Below are positions 24,127-36,100 of a stretch of DNA of 64,000 bases, piece by piece. The notes beneath the pieces are model-generated. The model was not told the DNA's origin, did no database searches, and saw only the letters and a list, made by a program, of their open reading frames with translations. The first letter of the stretch is position 1; each line of letters starts with the position of its first letter. A program made the translations under genes and the position numbers. Location of the stretch: contig CM119372.1 in the NCBI GenBank assembly GCA_051294905.1, positions 17,734,001 through 17,798,000 of the forward strand, read 5' to 3'. Source of the DNA: Botryllus schlosseri (lineage: Eukaryota).

Positions 24127-27100
24127 ATGATTCGATCGCTGAGCAATTTGAGGTGGGTCACCTTTTATCGGCACTTGTCTTCATCGGATGCGATGGCCAG
24201 TTATCAATTCAATGACAAGCCTGTTCTGGTCGTCGTGGGCGCGACTGGAGCTGGGAAATCAAAGCTTGCCTTGGAATTGGGTCAAGTCTTGAATGGCGAA
24301 ATCGTTAGCGCCGATTCCATGCAGGTAAGTTTTCTCTATATACCTTTTATACACATAAATATGATGCACATGAATCAATATTTCTTCCAAGGTATACAAG
24401 GGCCTTGATATTGTCACGAACAAAGTTACCAAAGAAGAGCAGGAATCGTGCCCACATCACCTCATTGGCTTTCTGTCACCATTGCAGGAATATACTGTTG
24501 TTGATTTTCAGAAGCAAGCCAGAGATGTGGTTAGTATTATTCTCAATATTTTTGTGCTAACTCCAGAGACCACTGTGATTCTATTAGAATTTTTGGCGAA
24601 AATCGGTGATCGGGTGAATCATGGAAATTTACTCGGGTGTCATTACGTTTTGTGCTTTGGAAATTACATCGGCATATTCAGGAACCTCTTGCCATACTAT
24701 TTCTTGGTGATGTATTCAATAACAAATGCACGTAAACGACTGTTTTCGGGTGTAATTCCAGGTATTATGACGAAAAAACAATTTTAAGAAGACGAATAGA
24801 TACCTACTACACAGCCGTTTGACTGAATATTTTGCAGAGAAATCGTCAGAAATGTGTCGATGATAACGCTCAACAGACCATGTCTATCGACAATCCTTAG
24901 GTATAAATATATTTCGAAGAGTGCGGGAATGGTTTCACACAGGCGGTTGCTACGATAAATCATCATTCACCCGAATATATGATCACGACGAATAGTAGAA
25001 CACTCATTTAAAGGATTTAGGCTTCGGACTCTACAATCTACATATATCTCATTAAAATCGAATTGAAATCGGACATTTTCGAAATTTCGATAATCCGGAC
25101 ACAATTATGGCCCCAGATCGACCCTTGGGACGTCGACTTGAATAATAATTTTGGTATTGATGGAATCGGCTAGACTAGTAGAATCCATTTCAAAACGAAT
25201 TAGGCTTCGGACTCTACATATATCTCATTAGAATCGAATTGAAATCGGACGTTTTCGAAATTTCGATAATCCGGACACAATTATGGCCCTGATCGACCCT
25301 TGGGACGTCGACTTGAATAATAATTTTGGTATTGATGGAATCGGCTAGACTAGTAAAATTCATTTCAAAACGAATAATGCTTCGGACTCTACATATATCT
25401 CATTAGAATCGAATAGAAATCGGACATTTTCGAAATTTCGATAATCCGGACACAATCATGGCCCCAGATCGACCCTTGGGACGTCGACTTGAATGATAAT
25501 TTTGGTATTGATGGAATCGGCTAGACTAGTAGAATCCATTTCAAAACGAATTAAGCTTCGGACTCTACATATATCTCATTAGAATCGAATTGAAATCGGA
25601 CATTTTCGAAATTTCGAAAATCCGGACACAATTATGGCCCCAGATCAACCCTTGGGACGTCGACTTGAATAATAATTTTGGTATTGATGGAATCGGCTAG
25701 ACTAGTAGAATTCATTTCAAAACGAATTAGGCTTCGGACTCTACATATATCTCATTAGAATCGAATTGAAATCGGACATTTTCGAAATTTCGATAATCCG
25801 GACACAATTATGGCCCCAGATCGACCCTTGGGACGTCGACTTGAATAATAATTTTGATATTGATGGAATCGGCTAGACTAGTAGAATTCATTTCAAAACG
25901 AATTAGGCTTCGGACTTTACATATATCTCATTAGAATCGAATTGAAATCGGACATTTTCGAAATTTCGATAATCCGGACACAATTATGGCCCCAGATCGA
26001 CCCTTGGGACGTCGACTTGAATAATAATTTTGGTCTCGATAGAAGCGGCTCGATTAGTAGAATTCATTTCAAAACGAATTAGGCTTCGGACTCTACATAT
26101 ATCTCATTAGAATCGAATTGAAATCGGACGTTTTCGAAATTTCGATAATCCGGACACAATCATGGCCCCAGATCGACCCTTGGGACGTCGACTTGAATAA
26201 TAATTTTGGTATTGATGGAATCGGCTAAACTAGTAGAATCCATTTCAAAACGAATTAGGTTTCGGACTCATGAAACATAGATCCATAAATCGCGTAACAT
26301 TGCATTATGCATTATCCTTGCTGTGCCGCACTGTTGTAAAAGGGGCCTCAAACAATGTATCCCTCGGTGTTGGGATGACTCGAGTCATGACTTGACTAGA
26401 GTCAGACTCGAGTCACCTTTTTCGTATGACTGAGCCCCCATTGTTTTCTCACAAATAAATTGACCGCAATCGAAGTGATCGTGTATATACGTATATGTGA
26501 GCGATACAGCGCCTTCTTGCATGTACATTTAACTCTATATTCGTTGATCGGTTCGGAATCAATGACCACTAAATCTGTATTTTAGACAGCTCGCAAAATG
26601 CAATGACGTAATCATGCCTCATACTTGGAAAAGGCAATTTGACTTGAATTGTGACTTGACTCGTGACTTGACTTGACTTGACTCGACTTGACTCGAGTCA
26701 CTTCCAAAAATCGATTGACTTGACTCGACTCGAGTCACTTTTGAAAATCAATTGACTTGACTCGACTCGAGTCGAAATGTGTAATGACTCGAAATGACTC
26801 GCATGACTCGAAGGTGGTGACTTGATCCCAACACTGGTTCCATTTCCAATTAACCGGTGCCTACCGCGCGGGCTGGAGATCTCGCATCAATTTAGATGCG
26901 CCCTCCACTCCTGACTGCACTCAACTTTGCGACTCTGACTGACGACTCGCTCCGGCTACCGTCTCTCATGTGAGTGAAATTGTGATTTCGACTCTGAAGT
27001 CTGAAACCGACTCCCTAATGGCAAAAAATGTACGCAATTCTCTGCTTCAGTTACACGACCCCCGCGTTGCCCCAAGCATTGCTGTCAATAGTTCTTCTTC

Positions 27101-30100
27101 GATAACAGTGGTTCTCAAACTGGGGGTGCACCCCCTTTGCAGGCGTCAAATCATATGAAGGGGGTCGAAGCCATTTGAGAGAAATTACACTGGTCAACAC
27201 ATATTTTTAGGCAGACAAAGTAAGAGTGGTTTTGGGGGTTCTGAAGGGCACTGATTCCGAATATGACCTTAGTGTTTTCAAATTGGCTCTTGTTGTGGAG
27301 ATAACCCATGGGGCTATTTTGACCAAAATCTCCCATTTACGCGGTAATGACTGGATATAAAATCGGCTTAGTCGTACTATAAAGTTTAGAAATTCAGTCT
27401 ACTAGTTATTTTTACAAACAAAAGACTATTTTAAATCAAAATACAGCAACAGCACTATATTTAGGGGTATTAAATTTATTACAATTAAATACTTTCACGG
27501 GATATCATGAACATAAATAAACTCCAGTCATGTATATAAGTAATTAAGTATTTACGTAGATACTCGAATAACGTGGCATTAGTTCAATCAGTTTGACGTC
27601 AACCACTTATTGTAAATTTGAAATAATCAGTTGGAATACAATATTATTGATGTATGTTAAATCGAAATTGTGTTTTGTACGATTTTCGCCAGTAGGCTAT
27701 TTAGTGCAGTTTTTCGAAAGGTTCCGGCAATGGTCTGACATAATATGTTTAATGGTTAATATCATCTGCCCTGGCATCTTTCTTTTGTTGTTCTGATGTC
27801 TTGTTAGAACCTCTACCCTTACTAAACAACAAGATGATCGGGAAATATACCAAGATGACTGAACAGGAAGTGAATGTTTATGCTCATGTTTGTTTCAAGT
27901 TTTCGATATGCAGTTACGAATTTTCGGACCAACTGTTTGTAGTTCGGTGCTTTGTGATCAGCTAAAAAGTATTATTTACTACATCTTAGGAGAATGTACA
28001 TGCTGTGAACTCCTCCTAATGTGAAATTGGAATCTTTCATCGGTATTCGAATATACCAGATACCAGATTTAAGCTTCTCGTTTGATAGGGTTACTAGGAA
28101 TACCCACTTTGTTGATTCAGTGGGCGGAAACGCTCAGGGGGCGAAATGGGGGGCGCTGGGCTCAGGGGGGCGATAAGGGGCGCTGAAGAAAAATGGCTTC
28201 GCCGTAGATGATGTGGTAGTAGGACATATCCTTAATGAGTATTCAGAACTAATTAACATCCAACAAAACATGTCTAATCCCGAAATTTTTGGTCGCGCTG
28301 CGCGACGATGTTTGATATATATGTTTTCATAAATATAGTGGGTTATTATAATTCATATAAAACGAATTGCGCGTACTTTTAGATCGCCAATTAAATCGTC
28401 TGAAAGAGTACGCATAATTATAGAAAATAGAAATAGGCATTTCGGCGTCGGCCATTATCACGCCACGATGCACGAAGACATATGAAGTTCCGGTGAATAT
28501 GGGACTCCGAGAAGTGTGTCAAAAGATCGTTAGCAAGAAAACCGTAACCGAAGAGGATTGCCCTTGTTGAGCGTAAACTTCGACGCATATAAGTCCAATT
28601 ATCCATAGGTAATTAAATCACTCGTGCCGAACTATCATGTCGTCGCATTCTGCTCCCCACAGGACAAATAACATCCATCAGAGAAAATTATTTGTCAGTG
28701 ACGAAACGCCACTTTTGAATCGAGTGCTTACTTTTGTTTTACACATTTATGCGTTTCAATAAATTTTGACTATATAGCGGACAATAGGTAACAAAATAAC
28801 ATGTAACGATTTAATTGTACCAACGGGCACGCCCGAATATGTTCAATGACTAATTACGTGGCCTTCATTTTCCAATACAACAGCTCATTCAGCGCTACTG
28901 GTAAATCTGATTACGTGGGCTGAGAGGATAAAAAGTTCATAGTTACATATATATGCAATTACAACCTGGCTCCTAGGGCGACCAGGCTGACCTTTGCTGA
29001 CCATCTAAATCACGCGACGGGGTTCTTGCGGGCCAAGCCCTCAGGAGTTTGGTTTCTCACGTTATGGGTGCCCAAGACAATCGTTTTTAGGGGGGCTGAC
29101 GAAGTGCTGTTACGGCCGTCCCTCTCACTCATTGTCATTATCACAGTCCTTACAATATGAGGTGGGGGCGCTGGAGCACAATAATGTTTGAAAGGGGGCG
29201 CTGGAGGAAAAAAGGTTAAGAACCACTGGTCTAGCCGATTCCATCAATACCAAAATTATGATTCTAGCCGACGTCCCAAGGGTCAAACGGGGGCCATAAT
29301 CATGTCCGGATTACCGAAATTTCGAAAATGTCCGATTTTAATTCGATTCTAATGAGATATATGTAGAGTCCGAAGCCTAATTCGTTTTGAAATGAATACT
29401 ACTAGTCTAGCCGATTCCATCAATACCAAAATTATTATTCAAGTCGACGTCCCAAGGGTCGAACTGGGGCCAAAATTGTGTCCGGAATACCGAAATTTCG
29501 AAAATGTCCGATTTTAATTCGATTCTAATGAGATATATGTAGAGTCCGAAGCCTGATTCGTTTCGAAATGGATTCTACTAGTCTAGCCGATTCCATCAAT
29601 ACCAAAAATTATTATTCAAGTCGACGTCCCAAGGGTCGATCTGGGGCCATAATTGTGTCCGGATTATCGAAATTTCGAAAATGTCCGATTTCAATTCGAT
29701 TCTAATGAGATATATGTAAAGTCCGAAGCCTAATTCGTTTTGAAATGGATTCTACTAATCTGGCCGCTTCTATCGAGACCAAAATTATTATTCAAGTCGA
29801 CGTCCCAAGGGTCGATCTGGGGCCATAATTGTGTCCGGATTATCAAAATTTCGAAAATGTCCGATTTCAATTCGATTCTAATGAGATATATGTAGAGTCC
29901 GAAGCCTAATTCGTTTTGAAATGAATACTACTAGTCTAGCCGATTCCATCAATACCAAAATTATTATTCAAGTCGACGTCCCAAGGGTCGAACTGGGGCC
30001 ATAATTGTGTCCGGATTATCAAAATTTCGAAAATGTCCGATTTCAATTCGATTCTAATGAGATATATGTAGAGTCCGAAGCCTAATTCGTTTTGAAATGA

Positions 30101-33100
30101 ATACTACTAGTCTAGCCGATTCCATCAATACCAAAATTATTATTCAAGTCGACGTCCCAAGGGTCGAACTGGGGCCATAATTGTGTCCGGATTATCGAAA
30201 TTTCGAAAATGTCCGATTTCAATTCGATTCTAATGAGATATATGTAGAGTCCGAAGCCTAATTCGTTTTGAAATGAATACTACTAGTCTAGCCGATTCCA
30301 TCAATACCAAAATTATTATTCAAGTCGACGTCCCAAGGGTCGAACTGGGGCCAAAATTGTGTCCGGAATACCGAAATTTCGAAAATGTCCGATTTTAATT
30401 CGATTCTAATGAGATATATGTAGAGTCCGAAGCCTAATTCGTTTTGAAATGAATACTACTAGTCTAGCCGATTCCATCAATACCAAAATTATTATTCAAG
30501 TCGACGTCCCAAGGGTCGAACTGGGGCCATAATTGTGTCCGGATTATCGAAATTTCGAAAATGTCCGATTTCAATTCGATTCTAATGAGATAAATGTAGA
30601 GTCCGAAGCCTAATTCGTTTTGAAATGAATTTTACTAGTCTAGCCGATTCCATCAATACCAAAATTGTTATTCAAGTCGACGTCCCAAGGGTCGATCTGG
30701 GGCCATAATTGTGTCCGGATTATCGAAATTTCGAAAATGTCCGATTTCAATTCGATTCTAATGAGATATATGTAAAGTCCAAAGCCTAATTCGTTTTGAA
30801 ATGGATTCTACTAATCTGGCCGCTTCTATCGAGACCAAAATTATTATTCAAGTCGACGTCCCAAGGGTCGATCTGGGGCCATAATTGTGTCCGGATTATC
30901 AAAATTTCGAAAATGTCCAATTTCAATTCGATTCTAATGAGATATATGTAGAGTCCGGAGCGTAATTCTTTTTGAAATGGATTTTACTAGTCTAGTCGAT
31001 TCCATCAATACCAAAATTATTATTCAAGTCGACGTCCCAAGGGTCGATCTGGGGCCATAATTGTGTCCGGATTATCAAAATTTCGAAAATGTCCAATTTC
31101 AATTCGATTCTAATGAGATATATGTAGAGTCCGGAGCGTAATTCTTTTTGAAATGGATTGTACTAGTCTAGTCGATTCCATCAATACCAAAATTATTATT
31201 CAAGTCGACGTCCCAAGGGTCGATCTGGGGCCATAATTGTGTCCGGATTATCAAAATTTCGAAAATGTCCGATTTCAATTCGATTCTAATGAGATATATG
31301 TAGAGTCCGAAGCCTAATTCGATTTGAAATGAATACTACTAGTCTAGCCGATTCCATCAATACCAAAATTATTATTCAAGTCGACGTCCCAAGGGTCGAA
31401 CTGGGGCCAAAATTGTGTCCGGAATACCGAAATTTCGAAAATGTCCGATTTTTATTCGATTCTAATGAGATATATATAGAGTCCGAAGCCTAATTCGTTT
31501 CGAAATGGATTCGACTAGTCTAGCCGATTCCATCAATACCAAAATTATTATTCAAGTCGACGTCCCAAGGGTCGAACTGGGGCCATAATTGTGTCCGGAT
31601 TATCAAGATTTCGAAAATGTCTGATTTCAAATCGATTCTAATGAGATATATGTAGAGCCCGAAGCCTAATTCGTTTTGAAATGGATTTTACTAATCTGGC
31701 CGCTTCTATCGAGACCAAAATTATTATTCAAGTCGACGTCCCAATGGTCGATCTGGGGCCATAATTGTGTCCGGATTATCAAAATTTCGAAAATGTCAGA
31801 TTTCAATTCGATTCTAATGAGATATATGTAGAGTCCGAAGCCTAATTCGTTTTGAAATGAATTCTACTAATCTGGCCGCTTCTATCGAGACCAAAATTAT
31901 TATTCAAGTCGACGTCCCAAGGGTCGATCTGGGGCCATAATTGTGTCCGGATTATCGAAATTTCGAAAATGTCCAATTTCAATTCGATTCTAATGAGAAA
32001 TATGTAGAGTCCGGAGCGTAATTCTTTTTGAAATGGATTGTACTAGTCTAGTCGATTCCATCAATACCAAAATTATTATTCAAGTCGACGTCCCAAGGGT
32101 CGATCTGGGGTCATAATTGTGTCCGGATTATCAAAATTTCGAAAATGTCCGATTTCAATTCGATTCTAATGAGATATATGTAGAGTCCGAAGCCTAATTC
32201 GTTTTGAAATGGATTTACTAGTCTCGCCGCTTCTATCGAGACCAAAATTATTATTCAAGTCGACGTCCCAAGGGTCGAACTGTGGCCATAAGTGTGTCCG
32301 GATTATCAAAATTTCGAAAATGTCCGATTTCAATTCGATTCTAATGAGATATATGTAGAGTCCGAATCCTTTAAATAAGTGTTCTACTATTCGTGGTGAT
32401 CATATATTCGGGTAAATGATGATTCTTCGTAGCAACCGCCTGTGTGAAACCATTCCCGCACTCTTCGAAATATATTTATACCTAAGGATTGTCGATAGAC
32501 ATGGTCTGTTGAGCGTTATCATCGACACATTTCTGACGATTTTTCTGCAAAATATTCAGTCAAACGGCTGTGTAGTAGGTATCTATTCGTCTTCTTAAAA
32601 TTGTTTTTTCGTCATAATACCTGGAGTTACACCCGAAAACAGTCGTTTACGTGCATTTGTCATTGAATGCATCACCAAGAAATAGTATGGCAAGAGGTTC
32701 CTGAATATGCAAATGTTATTTCCAAAGTACAAAACGTAATGACACCCGAGTATATTTCCATGATTCACCCGATCACCGATTTTCGCCAAAAATTCTAATA
32801 GAATCACAGTGGTCTCCAGAGGTGGTCAGTAACGAAGTAGACCTACTTCTAATTTTTTGGAGTATACTTGAGTAGTTTTCCACTGCTTGTAGTATTTACT
32901 CAGGTAAATCTAATTTTCTGCTGCTTCTATATGCTTCATGATTTCGTGATTTAGCTACTGTCTTTTCGCTATTTTCGGTTTGTCAAGCATAAGTATTATA
33001 CTACTTCTATCAGAGGAATGACTGTTTTCACAGAGTACCAACAAGAATTTAATTTTTACAAAAGTATATATGGAGTGACAAATATGTTTTCTTGAAAGTA

Positions 33101-36100
33101 TCGGTGAATATAATTTAGGTAGCGGGTTGCGTGGTTCCGTTCACACCGTATTGTTGCCTATATCACATGTTTCATCACATGCAGTAGAATGGCTCATCAA
33201 AACATTTGGAACTACCATTTTGCTATCTACGATCTACCTATTGTAGCGTAATCTAGCAGCATGGTGTGTCCTAATCCGGAAAAGTGGTCTCTGACTTTTT
33301 TGAGCGTTTGACCTGCTTTAGCAGACCACATTTGAAGCTTTCTGGAAAATAACATAAGATGTATATTTCCGCTTTTTAGAAATAGTAATTGTATTTCTCT
33401 TTTATTTCTCAGTATCATTACTTTGAGTTCTTCTAATTTATTCCATTTTTTTTTTCTGGCGAACATACATGTTGATTGGTCGTAGTTCTGTCTATCTGTC
33501 AGAGGAGGATGTCTACTTTCCTCCAGGAACTCCTGGACCCAGAAACACATTGCCATTTGGCCGATATATTACAACGAATTGGCACAAAAAAATAAATCGG
33601 CTCTTCAATCGAATACAAGTCTTAACACAGCAAGAACTTCACACAAAAACTTCCCAAGACTCCGACAATTCACTTCCCATTTCTCTATCTGCACGATACA
33701 CTGCATCCATGACTGGTCTTGCTAACCAGATATTCCGGAGTCATGCCCCCTGAGCGGAGCCGGGCGGTTACGCACAAGTATAGTATTGCCTCTATAAGAT
33801 CACCGTATATGACATTTTTACGATGCACCATATTTTTTATTAGCATATACGAATCGAGCAAAGTGATAGCACCCTGTCAGATACAACTTCTCCGTATTGC
33901 TCTTCGTCTAAACTATGGGCCATATAATACGGGGGAGTGCGCCATACCATGAATTTTGTTTAACAGGGTGTTTGAGAAAACAAATTATTAGAATCGCTTT
34001 TCTATAGAAAAAGTATAATTTACATTCCATGCTGCGGTCGAATGTTAATGCTGTCGAAAATTTCTGTATCCTGGGATGTATCAATATGAATCAAGCTCTT
34101 CTGTATAGCTCAATTTGCGGTTTTTGTCAGTCCATGCGAATGTATTGTGACTGTTTCCACAACTACTTACTTACTGTAGTAGATTTAAAGCCTAGAAAGT
34201 GCCAATTCGACTTCTACCACTTCGTAGTTGAGTTGACGTTTTGTGTCCGTGCTTTAGCTGCTGCTTAAGTAGCTTTCTTGACTACATTGATGACCTCTGG
34301 TTCACTCTTCACTCCCTGCGTGACTACTAAACATAGAATACGTGTCTAGTGCCTACCGTCGTATATGTGCCAAAATTAAGCTTCATTATCTGTATGTGAG
34401 CATAGGAATTGACCTGCGTACAATATTTGCTATCAGATCAACGACATCCATTCGCGCAGCAAGTTACCGATAGTTTGTGGCGGGACTTCATACTACATCG
34501 AATCAATATTATGGGAGTATTTGACTTCAAATGCAAGTACTACCGATGACGAATCATTGCTGAAATCCAAGCCAGAGGCAAATAATATCAGGCAGGTGAG
34601 TCTGTAACAGTTTCTATTACCGTACATCAATGATGTTCATCTCATTTTGCTTCAAATTAGCATTAAGTAACAACGTATTCCTCAACTGTCTACCAAAAAA
34701 TCAAAAACCATTACTTCTATATGAGCTGGCATTTGCGCTATGACATGACCGTTTACTAGAATCAGCGTATCGCTGTGCTCTGTTCACTGTATTAATTACA
34801 CTGAATTTAGATATTGTATGCTATCTAAAATCAGGGATATCTAGATATCTGTCTAAAATCATCCACCGTATCTCGGTGGTTACACCTACAGATCAGGGTG
34901 GCTGGTTTGATTTTCGCAGGCTGTCCCTCAGGATCAATTCACGGGCAAGCAAAACTAGTTTCGGTCCCAAACCCGAGCAGGAAGGGCATCCAACCTAAAA
35001 ACTTAGACCATATCACTGAGCAGTGAGCTGACTTGGCAACTCCACACATGGGAGAAATAGAAATAAGCTAATGTGTATGCCGCATTATAGTATGCATATT
35101 TCCAACCAAATTTATCGAACTGCCGTCAAATGCTTGAAGGAGAATCTAAAATATTTTAATCAAGTATGTCTGCTGGAAAACGGCTGTCATCGAAAGCAAA
35201 CAGATTGAGTAACATACAGCCTACTTGAGAATCGTATTTTGACTACTTTAACTAGCAATGCATTCTTTCTCAGGACTTGGAAGCAATGAGCTCATCAGAA
35301 TTATACGAGATGCTTGAGAAAAACGATCCGGTACGCGCTTCTCGGCTTCATCCGTGCGACAGAAGAAAGGTCATGAGGTCGGTGGAGGTTGGTATTGACA
35401 GTGCTATTTGGAAGTTTGAAATAAATACGCTCTATACAACTCTGAAATATTTTTAATTTCTGCAGATTTTTCTTCAAAGCGGTGTCAAGCACAGTGATTT
35501 GTTACTCTCGCAAGCCGGTGAACGAAGATACGGCGGTCCCTTGCTTTTTCGCAATATCTGCTTTTTATGGGTGCAGTGTGATGAAAATGGTGAGTGAAAT
35601 TACAGCAGAGCAGAATTGAGCACCATCCGATTCCAAGTTGACCATCACCCATTGCGTCAGCATCGTTAGCATTCAAGTTCTTTCTATAAACATTCCCATA
35701 GGTTGTCCTCAAGTTGTAGGAAATGAAGGTGAAACTTTTCACAGGCTATTAGGAACATTATGCCCAACTCATAGTCATAATCAATGTTCCCTCTAAGCTG
35801 CGCTGACAAAGTCTTCGCGCACAGAAAAATGTGTGTCGCGCACAAAAAAATCCACATATGGTTCGAAAAAGATTATCACTATATCTTTTCGCAGAAGGCA
35901 CTGATGATCATCAGTCCAAATTGACGCGCAATGGCTGGTAGTCAAAATCAAATTGTTCACGGTATTCTTGCAATATTCAGTTTTACACGAACGAGTCAAT
36001 AAACGTGTGGACAAAATGCTAGCAGCTGGATTGCTGACAGAATTACAAGATTTCCACAAGGAATATAACAAAAACAGGTATTCTATTGTAACCCTCAAAC

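Larger units (their letters stand above)
24569..32813. mobile_element. Foldback-type non-autonomous element with very long inverted arms, in TRIT1 intron 2
   Basis: Left arm 24569-26269 is the reverse complement of the outer part of the right arm 29229-32813. Termini ACCACTGTGATTCTATTAG...CTAATAGAATCACAGTGGT. 8-bp direct repeat CTCCAGAG at 24561-24568 and 32814-32821. No transposase ORF. Confidence 0.9.

Noticed and set aside
25021..32366. CRISPR array
   Set aside because: Units are contiguous 176-bp repeats with no unique spacers, the context is eukaryotic, and there are no cas genes.
24784..32807. Duplicated small ORFs (24784-24966 / 32416-32598 and 24482-24787 / 32595-32807) as protein genes
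   Set aside because: They are chance frames within the inverted arms and have no recognisable domain.
24566..32818. Alternative foldback boundaries with GAGACC termini and a 2-bp CA TSD
   Set aside because: Needs two independent 3-bp coincidences versus one for the 8-bp CTCCAGAG reading. Not fully excluded without other copies.
33227..33753. ORFs in TRIT1 intron 2 as a nested gene
   Set aside because: Inside an old hAT element, with no motif I can identify and no splice support.
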